64,000 nucleotides of DNA, taken from Octopus sinensis (taxonomy: Eukaryota). The notes under the pieces were generated by a model that made no database searches, was not told the DNA's origin, and worked only from the letters and a program-made list of their open reading frames with translations. Location of the stretch: positions 69,688,001 to 69,752,000 of the forward strand of contig NC_043003.1 in assembly GCF_006345805.1 (NCBI RefSeq), read 5' to 3'. The translations under genes were made by a program, and so were the position numbers. Below are positions 52,421-64,000 of the stretch, in pieces; position 1 is the stretch's first letter; every line of letters begins with the position of its first letter.

Positions 52421-53535
52421 AAGGAGTCCTTCTTGAAAAATGAAGGAGCTTCAAGATTGCTTTGATGTAAAGCAGGTTTCTCATGAGGGCCACATCTCAT
52501 GGTATGAGCACAAAACCAAGGAAGAGATTTAGGGACACACTCCACCCATCTCTTTTATTTCTCAATGAAGGGTGGGTTTTGTTGACCACAGCTATTTTGC
52601 TGAACAGCAAGCCATACTGGTTGTTATATTTTAGAGAAGGTTGCAATCTGGATGAATCGTTAACACACCGGACAAAATGCTTAGCAGCATTTCATCCACC
52701 TCTATGTTCTGAGTTCAAATTCTGTCATGGTCAACTTTGCCTTTCATCCTTTTGGGGTTGCTGAAATAAGTACCAGTTGAGCAGTGGGGTTGATGTAATC
52801 AACACGCCCCTTCCACAAAATTTCAAGCCTTATGGTTTGAAACTTGGTGCAGCCCTTTGGTTCACCAGCTCCTGTCAAACCATCCAACACACACCAGCAT
52901 CTGTGATGCTTCATAGGAATATTAAATTAATGCCAGTAAAAGACTGGTGTTTTTCTTTTACTGACTTTTGAAAGAGGATAAGCAAAGTTGACCACACCAG
53001 CAGTTGACCACAGAACATAAAGGAGCACAACTACATTTACTTCAGCCCTTCACTCTTTATGAAGCACAGACCATTGGCAACTCTTCTCCACCATTCTTGA
53101 CTCTGTTGTTTTCCTCTCCCAGGCTTTGTTTAGTTTCACAATTGATGTTTATGTAACTTTGCTTTTTTTCTAGGTCCACAGAGAACTAGCTTCATTTTGA
53201 TGTATGATACATGTTCCTGTGTTGGTATTATACCTGTCCTAAACAAAATGGCATTACTTTTTGATACACCCTCGTAATAATAACAATAATCCTCGGATGG
53301 AATTTATAAAGAATGAATGCATTAAAATATTTATAAATTCCATCCAAGGATTATTGTTATTACTAACTGTGGTTTGGATTTTGACTGTTCTTTCTAGCAT
53401 GTAAGGTTTCCTGTTAGAAGTCACCTCGTTTATGTGTAAATGTACATTAATTTTATTTGGAAAACTATGTTGTCTATTTGACTATTTTATGCATGCTAGG
53501 CCACTGACAGAAAATTTCTCTTCCACCCTATATCC

Positions 53536-53564
<29 letters not shown>

Positions 53565-53566
<2 letters not shown>

Positions 53567-53845
53567 GTTAATCCAAACAAGAAAACACAGAAAAAAAACA
53601 CAGCAACGCGAGGACGTGGAACAATTAAAGTATTATTTGACGCTCAGGAAAGAAGGGAAGGAGGGTTTAACGTTTCGAGCGGAGCTCTTCGGAGGAAACA
53701 AGGAGAAGGAAAGATCCCAAGAAGGGAAGACAGAGGAAAAAAATATTTTTGCTGGTGGTGCTCAAGAGATCACATGTTGAAAGAACAGAAGTTGAGAGGT
53801 AGACAAATCATGATTTTTAAAAACAAGAGAGTTTCAAAGACAAGG
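53565..53845 (-). mobile_element. Penelope-like terminal fragment (family F), second copy
   Basis: Reverse strand GTTT-CCTCCGA-A-GAGC-TCC-GCTC-GAAAC-GTT-AAAC; ends in (TA)n. Confidence 0.55.
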
Positions 53846-53921
53846 AATGTGTGTGGGTGCGTGTGTGTGTGTGCAAGGATGACAAGTGTGTTTGTGCGTG
53901 CATGCGTGTGTGCGTGCGTGC

Positions 53922-53956
<35 letters not shown>

Positions 53957-53959
<3 letters not shown>

Positions 53960-54191
53960 GGTGGTCCAAAAGTAGGTTTACAGTTATCACACAGGCACTT
54001 TAAATTTCTTTTAAAACATTTTATTGCATTTAAATTTCTATCTTACAAACTGAAAAGGGAGCTTAACAAAATGAACTAAATTAGCATAGAGTAATGGTTT
54101 CATATTTTTTTATAATTAAGATTTAAATGGTTAATATATGAATATGAAAGAGACAGTTGAATAACTGTAAACCTACATTTGGGCCAACCTG
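53957..54191. mobile_element. Tc1/mariner-type MITE (235 bp)
   Basis: ~31-bp imperfect TIR CAGGGTGGTCCAAAAGTAGGTTTACAGTTAT, TA TSD. Confidence 0.82.
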
Positions 54192-55124
54192 TATATGTGT
54201 GTGTGTGTGTGTGTATATATATACCTGTGCATATAATGCTATATGTGGTATTCAGAGAATAGCAGATGTGGATGTGTTGGGGAAGGACATCACATATCCC
54301 AGATATCCCAGCACTTATGAGACATGCTTTTACATGCTGAATTGGGTCATGTGGTGGAGCAACATATTGGAAACTTGAGTTGCCCCACTGACCTCAACTT
54401 GATGATGATGATGATGATCGTGATGTGCATGCTTGAGTGTAGGAAGGCAGTTAGTGACTCACGTATGCCATTACTCAGAGTTTTATTAGCATGCCAGCAT
54501 ATGTTTAATCGATCAGATGTCAGTGATGAGAAGATGTAATTGATAAGACACGAGCCTTCATGACTAAGGAATTATGAGTAATGACTAGGTGAGTCATTCG
54601 TTCACTGAAAACAAATATAAATTCTACATAATAACAGTGGTCTCTTCTCTTTCATTTGAGCCCACACACATGCACACACACACACACACATGCATGTGTG
54701 TAAGTGTGTATGTGTGTGTGTGTGTGTGTGCGTGTGTGTGTGTGTGTGTGGTTTGTTTTTACGTTCAGTTATAACAGAGACAATTTTACATTAATCTGAT
54801 GGGTTGCTCTATACTTTTGTAGAATACAAATTCATAATTCTTAAACAAGAATATTATTGACAGTGACTTTGAAGTTTTGGCCAGTTAAACCATCATTGGA
54901 TTGCGATGCACTGAAGTTGGTCTTGACTCTATATAGGCTCTGTTGAGTTAAAATCTTCCTTGGGTATGTGGGTTTGAGTGGAGTGGTAATCAGGTTTTAA
55001 TGTTGATTGTTAGGGAGAGGTGTTTTAGAGAAATTTTTATTGATTAAATTTGGAGTAATGTGTATTTAGTATATGTTCATTTGTTTATTTACTACATGTT
55101 TTTTGAATTATATAAACACCACAG

Positions 55125-56127
55125 ATACTCAGAAAACATTCCATCACATGCCAGTAGGGAGAAACTAGATGTAGTTGATAGCTTCTGCTACCTAGGTGAC
55201 CAAGGATGTAGTGGGGGTGGATGCTCAGAGACTGTTACCACTAGAATAAGAATAGCCTGGGCAAAGTTCAGAAAGCTTCTACCCCTACTGGTGATAAAGG
55301 GCCTCTCACTCAGAATGAAAGATAGATTGTACGACACATGTGTGCGAACGACCATGCTTCACGACAGTGAAACATGGGCCATGACTGCTGAAGACATGCG
55401 TCGGCTCAAAAGAAATGAAGCTAGCATAATCCACTGGATGTGTAGTATCAGTGTGCACACACAACAGAGTGTAAGCGCCCTGAGAGAAATGTTGAACATA
55501 AGAAGCATCAGATGTGGCATGCAAGAGAGATGTTTGCGTTGGTATGGTCATGTACTACGGATGGATGTGGAGAGCTGTGTGAAGACGTGCCACTCTCAAA
55601 TAGTGAAAGGTATCTGGAGTAGAGGGAGACCCAGGAAGACATAGGATGAGGTGGTGAAGCATGACCGTTGAATGTTGGGCTTCACAGAGGCAATGACAAA
55701 AGACCAAGACATCTGGAGGGTATGCAGTGACTGAGAAGACCTGGCAAATAAAGTGAGTTCACAGCTGTAACCTACACCAATGTTGCATAACCAGCCCACT
55801 CAAAAGTACCTTAGATTGTAGGGTGCCATGCCATGCCTGAGGAGACCTATTGAGTCAAGTACATCAAATCAAAATCAAATGGAAATTGTAGTTGTGAACC
55901 TGGTGCTGGTGGCACATAAAAAGCACCATTCGATCGTGGTCGATGCCAGGCCCCTCTAGCCCCTTGTGCCAGTGACATGTAAAAAAAGCACCCACTACAC
56001 TCTTGGAGTGGTTGGCATTAGGAAGGGCATCCAGCTGTAGAAACACTGCCAGATCAAACTGGAGCCCAGTCGACCGTCCAACCCATGCCAGTACAGAAAA
56101 TGGATGTTAAATGATGATGATGATGAT

Positions 56128-56128
<1 letters not shown>
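55125..56128 (+). mobile_element. RTE-clade LINE 3' portion: RT C-terminus + long 3' UTR + (GAT)n tail; source type of family C fragments
   Basis: FCYLG..RIRIAWAKF..LRWYGHVLRM..GRPRKT; UTR matches about 20 shorter copies. Confidence 0.88.
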
Positions 56129-56163
<35 letters not shown>

Positions 56164-56440
56164 TATGCCAAATTTTCTGTTTGTTGTCTTCTTTTTAATC
56201 CTGAAAAAAAAATGACAGAAACAAGTAAAAGAATAAAAGAATATGCACATACCTATGCATTCACATGCATTGATTTCATTTGCTGAAAACAGCAGCCAAG
56301 TCTCCTTCAAATTATTCCCCACCATCATGAAAAAGGAAGGACACACTGGATAATGTGATCTTGATCCACTCTGCCAGAAATCAGAGCAGTCTTAGGATTA
56401 AACAACAGCAAAATGTATAATGATATAAACAAGGACTCAC

Positions 56441-56540
56441 TTGTCGCTCCAGTCATCATCCTTGAAACTTCGGATAATTCTTGAGTTTTCAGCACGTCCT
56501 TGAACGCATGCTTTATCAAATATTGCCTCCATGCAGTAAG
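56441..56540 (-). CDS. DCDC1: DCDC1-like exon a (100 nt, phase 1 to 2): YCMEAIFDKACVQGRAENSRIIRSFKDDDWSD
   Basis: Acceptor tttttctcattgggtag, donor GTGAGT; end phase matches exon b; FDK..R..F resembles recalled FDR..ARG..KTF segment. Confidence 0.72.
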
Positions 56541-57164
56541 CTACCCAATGAGAAAAAAATATATAGATTAAACCATCTATGCAATGGTTTACTAAGTGTT
56601 GAGCATTAAAAAGCTGATCAGAAATGCTTATGTAGTCAGGAAAAGACAACGACAATTCGATGGCACAATATTATTTGCATAATTTTGTTAAGTACAAGAG
56701 ACAATTAACAACCTGTTTTAGTCTATTTAAACCTCATTAGCTAAGGATAGACGTCGCACTAAATATAAGGACTTATAAGAAAACCACTAAGTAAATATAC
56801 ATAGTTCTAAAATTTAAACACTAACAAAACAAAGGAACAAATAGAAAATTCACACATGAGATGGGATGTTAATTCCTCACCAGTTAATGTCCAAAATATC
56901 CTTACAATTTCATGCCTTTAATAATATTGATCATTTTTTTGTGGCATAAGCAACATGAAGCTGATGGGAATAGCAAACAAATGTTAGGGACAGAGACAAA
57001 AACAAACATGACACAAATGTGAATATACAAACAAAATAAACCTTTCAAGGCCGTGCCCGCCATCATGACCACAATCCAATGAGAGAAACAAGTAAAATAG
57101 ATAAATAGACGAATAAATAAAGTAAAAAAAAAAAATGTAAATCTTCCTTCTGACACAACATAAG

Positions 57165-57392
57165 TAGCTGCCATCAGTAGAATTATATGGCTAGATCCCA
57201 TATAGCTGCCATCTGTAGAATTATACGGATAGCTCTCATATAGTTACCATCAGAATTATACAGCCAGATCTCATATAACTGCCATCAGTAGAATTATACA
57301 GACAGATCTCATATAGTTGCCATCAGTAAAATTATATGGCTTGAGCTCATATAGCTTCCATCAGTAGAATTATATGGCTAGATTTCATATAG
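57165..57392 (+). repeat. 38-bp minisatellite, 6 copies
   Basis: TAGCTGCCATCAGTAGAATTATATGGCTAGATCCCATA. Confidence 0.9.
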
Positions 57393-58329
57393 AAAATAAT
57401 CAAATAAATTCAAATCACAGGTCGTCTTCTTTATCTAATCTCATCCCCAAGTTGCTGAAATCAAATGAAATAACAAAATTCAAAATCCTAACTAAAACTA
57501 GCAACATCAAATCATACATCAACAATGAATGATTATGGGGAAATCTAACTCTATTTTATTATTTTACTTTATTGCATTTATATATTAAATTTTTCATTAA
57601 ACTACATTTTTCATACAATCAGTGTTTTATTTCATCCATTTTTCTTTCTTTTTTCTATCTTTTCTTTATATATTTTCTAACAAGAATGTTCTGGAAGACA
57701 GCAAAACAGATTGTCTGATGTAATTTCAGCTACCGTCTGTATACAATTGTCAACCTTTTGCATTCAGTTCCTTTTATTTCTTCATTTGTTCAATAAAATA
57801 CTACACGTTTAGAATTGAGACAGCATTATTGTAAACTTTAGATTGCCAGTGCAATATTTTGCACAATCAGCTAAAATAAATAAATGTACGTTTGTGGATA
57901 TATATGTGTGTGTGTATGTATATATGTAAGTAAGTATATATACTTGTTTTAACATGTTGAAGTTGATTGTAGAATTCAAGCCTGGTCACTAACAAGGTGA
58001 CATGGATTTTATTTATTTCTTTTGTTTTATTTCATTTAGAGTCTAGACAATTCCAGAGATCTGTGAATATGTGAGTGAGTTAATGTAGGTATATATGTAT
58101 ATATTGATATACCTGCATTCATGGAAAGTGTATGAATTAACAATACATATGTCTGCAAATATTCATGTATGTCTATCTATCTCTATATCTATTAACCTGC
58201 CTCTCTATCTACTCCTCTATCTCTATTTATCTATCTGTCTATTTACCTATCTATCTTTCTCTCTACATATCTTTATCTTCTAAATTTTTATTGAATGCAT
58301 TCAACACTTGTATTCATTTTACTAGGCAA

Positions 58330-58620
58330 TATATGTAGCATAGGAGATTGGTTAATGCAGTGCAGGCACTTAAAGGTTCTGGGATCAATCCCAGGCAAGG
58401 GAGTAAGGTAATTCTCAAAAAAAAATCATCTGAAGCAAAAATTGCTGTGTAAAGCATTAAAGCAGAATGAGAACAGTGTATCCCCATGGATCAAATAAAG
58501 GGTTAGATTTGAAATTCTAATACAACAGAAGACACCTGAAGAAGGTTGGAACATACAACAGCTGAAACAGAGTGAAAGCAACAATCAAGATGAGGAGGAC
58601 ACCAGTCTGACTAATATAAA
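58330..58620 (+). mobile_element. Old diverged relative: tRNA-like head + hammerhead-like tail
   Basis: Degenerate A/B boxes 58333-58400; GACAC-CTGAAGA-A-GGTTG..CAGCT-GAAAC at 58531-58568. Confidence 0.5.
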
Positions 58621-59367
58621 CAGGATACAAAAGAACTTCTGTTTGATACACATCAACAGCTGTTGAATCACAGGGTTAAATGTACAAGTACAGACATGAC
58701 TAATTCCCAACCACTTGGCTTTGGGTTCAATCCCACTGTAGGGAGCAGCATCATAAAATGTCAGAGAGAGAGAGAGAGAAGACAATGAGAGAACACTATT
58801 ATGTAATGAATTAAAATTAGTTTTCTTTTGTTGAAATGTTTTGATAATAAAAGAAATTTTAAAATCACATTTTGATAAGAATATATTAAAAATTAGAATT
58901 TTTAACAATTTTCTAGACAGTGTAGACTTCAGTAATTACTTTCTTTTAATAAAAGTAACATATTCCCAAATAATTAAAAACAACTTTTTTTTATAGTAAA
59001 GATTCTGGGTATGATGTAGTCTATGACATGTTTATAATCATCTTCACAAAACAATCCTAACTCTGCATAAATAACTGTGTTTACAAAACATTGTACATAT
59101 TATATCATGCTGTGTGTTGTGATATTTAACCAAGCTTTGCTTGTATATTATTGAATGCTTGTTTATAACAAAAGATGACTTGAGAATCACCATATTTGAT
59201 GGCATATAAGATGCACTTCACTTTTAATAAAATTTCTCCAAGCATCCTGGGTTTTATATTCAAAACTGGGCCCTCCCACAAACTAATTTTGTCCCAGATA
59301 TTCACTAGTGTAGGCTAATTTTAACCCAGAGTTTCCCTTCTACCTCACCCAACTGACACCATAATAA

Positions 59368-59510
59368 TCGTTTCTACTTTAGGTACAAGGCCTGAAATTT
59401 GAGGAGGAGGGGAGCAGTCGCTTAGTTCAACCCCAGTATGCAACTGGTGCTTAATTTAATGACCCTGAAAGGATGAAAAGCAAAGTTGACCTCGGCAGAA
59501 TTTGAACTCA
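59368..59510 (-). mobile_element. 5'-truncated SINE D with 18-bp TSD
   Basis: TSD CAACTGACACCATAATAA at 59350-59367 and 59511-59528. Confidence 0.85.
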
Positions 59511-59697
59511 CAACTGACACCATAATAACAATATATCTACTTAAACATTATTAGTTTTCCTTGTATTGTAAAAGTATGTACCATAACAATGGATTGGCAA
59601 TGCTCACCAGTGCCAGCTGATGCATTACAATTAGATAGACTCAAGCAATGCTCTTCATGGCACCAAAGAGGAATGCATTATTTGAAGACAGTAAAAC

Positions 59698-59906
59698 GGT
59701 AAACTGGCAGAATCATTAGCATGCTGGATGAAATACTTAGCGATATTTCGCCCATTGCTACGATCTGCGTTCAAATTCCACCAAGGTCGACTTTGCCTTT
59801 CATCCTTTCGGGGCCGATAAATTAAGTACCAGTTGTGTACTGGAGTCGATCTCATCCATAGGTGCCCTACCCCCAAATTTCAGGCCTTGTGCCTTTAGTA
59901 GAAAGG
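59698..59906 (+). mobile_element. SINE D (further copies at about 23620-23765 and 52640-52830)
   Basis: Colinear with other family D copies. Confidence 0.8.
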
Positions 59907-60283
59907 ATTAGTAGAAGACAGTGATATCAGTAGTGACACCAGCAATAGGGATGGTGAGTTTATAAGATTCAATGATGAAGACTTTTCTGGCTTTGAAAAG
60001 GATTAAAGATTTTTCGTTATTGAGATTTGGTTTATGTTCATCTGTAACGGAAGTTTGCTTTTTATAAAATGTTATCATCTGCTTTTTGCTTTGTTTTTCT
60101 TTTTTTGCATGTTTTATTACTGTTATCACATAAGATATTTTCACTATGGAGATCACTTGCCTTATGTTCAACTCTACTCCTAACTTACTTTTAAGAAACA
60201 GTCATATTTTCTTCTGTTGTTAAGGTATCTTTGCAACATTTTGTAATGTGTTGCTAGATTACTTTAAATATTACACGCTTTCA

Positions 60284-60301
60284 CCCTTTAAGCATTCAGA
60301 T

Positions 60302-60338
<37 letters not shown>

Positions 60339-60510
60339 GCAATTCTTATACATTCACATTGTTTTCAATTAGTCGTGCATTATCTCACAGCTTCAAGATT
60401 TTGATTACGTGATTGTTTATTTTGAGAATGACATTGTACAATCTGGCCGGTTTGAAGAGGGAGCAGGGAGAATACTTGGGCCGGATGTGGTTGGTTTAAT
60501 TTCTAAAGGG
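60284..60510. mobile_element. piggyBac-type MITE
   Basis: TTCA-CCCTTTA...TAAAGGG-TTAA. Confidence 0.65.
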
Positions 60511-62520
60511 TTAATGCACTAAAAAGTTTATTGAAATTGGGAGGGGTCTAATATGCCCAGATGTCTTTTATTGCCATCAAATACTGTAATAACCATGAGT
60601 TAAAATTGGTTTCACTTGGTTTACAAATTTGATTTCTGATGATTCTATTTTTGGAGATAGTAATTAGTGCATTGGAGATAGTAATTAGTGCCAGGCCCAT
60701 CTGACTGGCTCCTGTGCCGGTGGCATGTAAAAAGCACCCACTACACTCTCGGAGTGGTTGGCATTAGAAAGAGCATCCAGCTGTAGAAACATTGATAGAT
60801 CAGATTGGGCCTGGTGCGGCCTCTTGGCTTACCAGTTCTCACTCAAACTGTCCAACCCATGCCAGCATGGAAGACAGGCATTGAATGACGATGATGGTGA
60901 TGATGATGATGAGGTATACAGAGATAGATGAAGGATGAGAGAGGTGATGAAAACGTTTCCAGAGAGAAGAAAAATGGAACAGAGACAAGAAGGGAAAGAG
61001 GATCGGTTTACATAAAAAAAGATAGAATGAAAAATTAATTGTGTAGCAAGTTTGGTTGGTTCGTTGGTTGGTTGGTTGATGTTGACCAGAATGGGAATTG
61101 GAGATGAGAATAACAAAGTATTCAAAGTAAGAAAACTCAGGATTGGTAGACTGTTGGAGAATTCAATAGGGGTGTTTGGAATCAACTTCTTTTCAACAAC
61201 AACAATGATGTTGATGATGACGATGATGATGATGATGATGCTGCTGCTGCTAATGATGATGATCGTCCTCGTCGTTGTCGCCATCATCATCTTCATCATC
61301 ATTTAATGTCCATCTTCCATGATGCCATAGGTTTGAAGGTTTGACAGGAAATGGTAAACCAGAGAACTGCACCAAGTTCCACTGTCTGCTTTAGCATGGT
61401 TGATGCTGATAATGGTGGTGGCACTACGGCTGATGGTGGTGGTGGTGATGATGATGATGGTAGTTTTGATGACGTTGGTGGTGATGATGGTAGTGACGAC
61501 AGAAAAAAAAACAGAAAAGAAAAGAAAAGGAAAGGAACGAAAGAGAGGATCATGGGAAAATATTACCTTACTTGGAAATAGGTGAGGGTTAGCAACAGGA
61601 AAAGTGTCGAGCTGTTGATAATCTGCCTCAGCAGAATCCATCCAACTCATGCAGGCATAGAAAAATGGACGTTAAAACAATGATGGTGATACAGTTTCAT
61701 AAGAAGGCAATCCTAAAAATAGATTCCACATTCACTTCTATCCTGACTCGATTCCATGTCTTCTCTTAATTTCTTGTCATTCATTTCCAAAACCAAATCT
61801 AAGTTAAATTGTTCAGCTTTTATTCTATGACTTATGTTTGACTTCTTGAAAAAACAATAAAAGCAAAAAATTCTCCTCTCTTTCTTTCCTTTTTTTTGTA
61901 ATTTCATTGCAAAAAGTGATTTTCTCTTTCTTTCTTGAAGAAACTTCACAGCAGGGAAATGGAAAAACCATTAAGGCATACATCAAGTCGTCAGGTCACT
62001 GGAAACTCCATCTCTTTTCAATATCTTGTTTGTGGATTTTTTATATTATAATTTTCCTTGTCATCATATTCATCATTGTCATCATTACCATTATCATCAT
62101 CACCATTGCAATTTTCATCATCATTATCATTCTCGTTATTGTAGTCATCTTTTTTTTTTGATATCCTTTCCACCATGAGCCTGTGTTGTTGCCACTGCTG
62201 TCATCATTGTTACTGCTCTCATCATCATCATCATTACTATCATTGCCATTGCAGTTTGCATCATCATCATCACCACCGCCACTGTTGTCACTACCATCAT
62301 CACCACCAACATCATCAAAACTACCATCATCATGATCATCATCATCATCAGCAGCAGCAGTAGCACTACCACCACCACCACCACCACCACCACAGAAGGC
62401 TGGAAATGAATAACCTTGTTTCTATGACGACCATAATGATGCTCATTTACAACAACCATGATATCAAAGGGGGACACACACACACGTAATACACACATGC
62501 ATGCATACATACATACATTA

Positions 62521-63609
62521 CATACACAAGCACACAACTCAAATATCAGTAGGAAGAATTCAAACCACTTCAAAACAAGAGGTATGGATAAATTGACCGG
62601 TTAATTCGTACATTACAAGTGCAATCTGTGAGTGGAACAGTAAAAATGTTAAAGACTTTTCTCAAGTTCCAAATGTGAATTTGCCTGTGTTAACTACATC
62701 CCAAAGATGGAGCCTTGTATCTTAGTTGGAAACCCACTCGGAAGATTAATAGTAATTAAAAAATAGAAGAAACATACATACATACATACATTCATACATA
62801 CATATACACACAAATACATACATACATCATACATACATACATACACACACACATGTACATACGTACATACATACATACATACATACATACATACATACAT
62901 ACATACATACATTACATTACATTACATTACATTACATTACATACACAAGCACACGACTCAAATATCAGTAGGAAGAATTCAAACCACTTCAAAACAAGAG
63001 GTATGGATAAATAGACCGGTTAATTCGTACATTACAAGTGCAATCTGTGAGTGGAACAGTAAAAATGTTAAAGACTTTTCTCAAGTTCCAAATGTGAATT
63101 TGCCTGTGTTAACTACATCCCAAAGATGGAGCATTGTATCTTAGTTGGAAACCACTCGGAAGATTAATAGTAATTAAAAAATAGAAGAAACATACATACA
63201 TACATACATTCATACATACATATACACACAAATACATACATACATTCATACATACATACATACACACACACATGTACATACGTACATACATACATACATA
63301 CATACATACATACATACATACATACATACATTACATTACATTACATTACATTACATTACATACACAAGCACACGACTCAAATATCAGTAGGAAGAATTCA
63401 AACCACTTCAAAACAAGAGGTATGGATAAATAGACCGGTTAATTCGTACATTACAAGTGCAATCTGTGAGTGGAACAGTAAAAATGTTAAAGACTTTTCT
63501 CAAGTTCCAAATGTGAATTTGCCTGTGTTAACTACATCCCAAAGATGGAGCATTGTATCTTAGTTGGAAACCCACTCGGAAGATTAATAGTAATTAAAAA
63601 ATAGAAGGA

Positions 63610-63615
<6 letters not shown>
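62521..63615 (+). repeat. Tandem triplication, 419-bp period
   Basis: Units start 62521, 62940, 63359; ~255-bp unique core + CATA/CATTA microsatellite. Confidence 0.93.
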
Positions 63616-63646
<31 letters not shown>

Positions 63647-63667
63647 TACATACATACATACATTCAT

Positions 63668-63722
<55 letters not shown>

Positions 63723-64000
63723 TACATACATACATAGACATACATTGTCTCATCTTTATCATCATTTTAACATCCACTTTTCCATGCTTGAATGAGTTGG
63801 ATGGAGTTTATTTGAGGCAGATTTTCTACAGCTGAGAATGCCCTTTCTTACACCAACCCCTTTACAGAGTGTACTGGGTGCTTTCTACATAGCACCAACA
63901 CCTGTGCTTTAAACATGGCACCAGCACATAACACCTTTAATTGTCTCTGAATCCACCATAAATTGCCTTTACTTATCCTTTTCTTTATTAATGTCATAAA

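Noticed and set aside
57165-57392. CRISPR-like regular array
   Set aside because: Units are contiguous with no unique spacers; eukaryotic context, no cas genes
59910-60006. Acidic peptide EDSDISSD..EDFSGFEKD* resembling a pogo-type transposase tail
   Set aside because: Too short and compositionally biased to call
61736-61844. Candidate extra DCDC1 exon (KSNISHRIKAEQFNL..QDR), phase-compatible with exon a
   Set aside because: Unusual AAG acceptor and no WVSxG-type motif expected upstream of exon a; phase match has a 1 in 3 chance; needs RNA-seq

Overview
Eukaryotic, very repeat-rich DNA. The repeat landscape looks like a benthic octopus genome (inference from recalled repeat types, not tested). 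The whole window appears to lie inside one large minus-strand gene, DCDC1/DCDC5-like (doublecortin + ricin-B lectin domains). Nine exons (1145 nt, 381 codons) were reconstructed with AG/GT sites and consistent phases; the gene continues beyond both window ends. The introns contain tRNA-derived SINEs (working labels A, B, D, E), RTE-type LINE fragments and their 3' tails (label C), Penelope-like tails, Tc1/mariner, piggyBac-type and hAT MITEs, one complete non-autonomous Helitron, mini/microsatellites and two young local duplications. Most ORFs in the supplied track are microsatellite artefacts. The most interesting signal is a short repeat joining a tRNA-like Pol III head to a tail that folds as a minimal, dimer-type hammerhead ribozyme (5 copies). 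A second repeat family carries the same hammerhead layout with different stems. No ribozyme activity can be shown from sequence alone, and every copy has at least one defect. TE boundaries are approximate unless TSDs/TIRs are stated.
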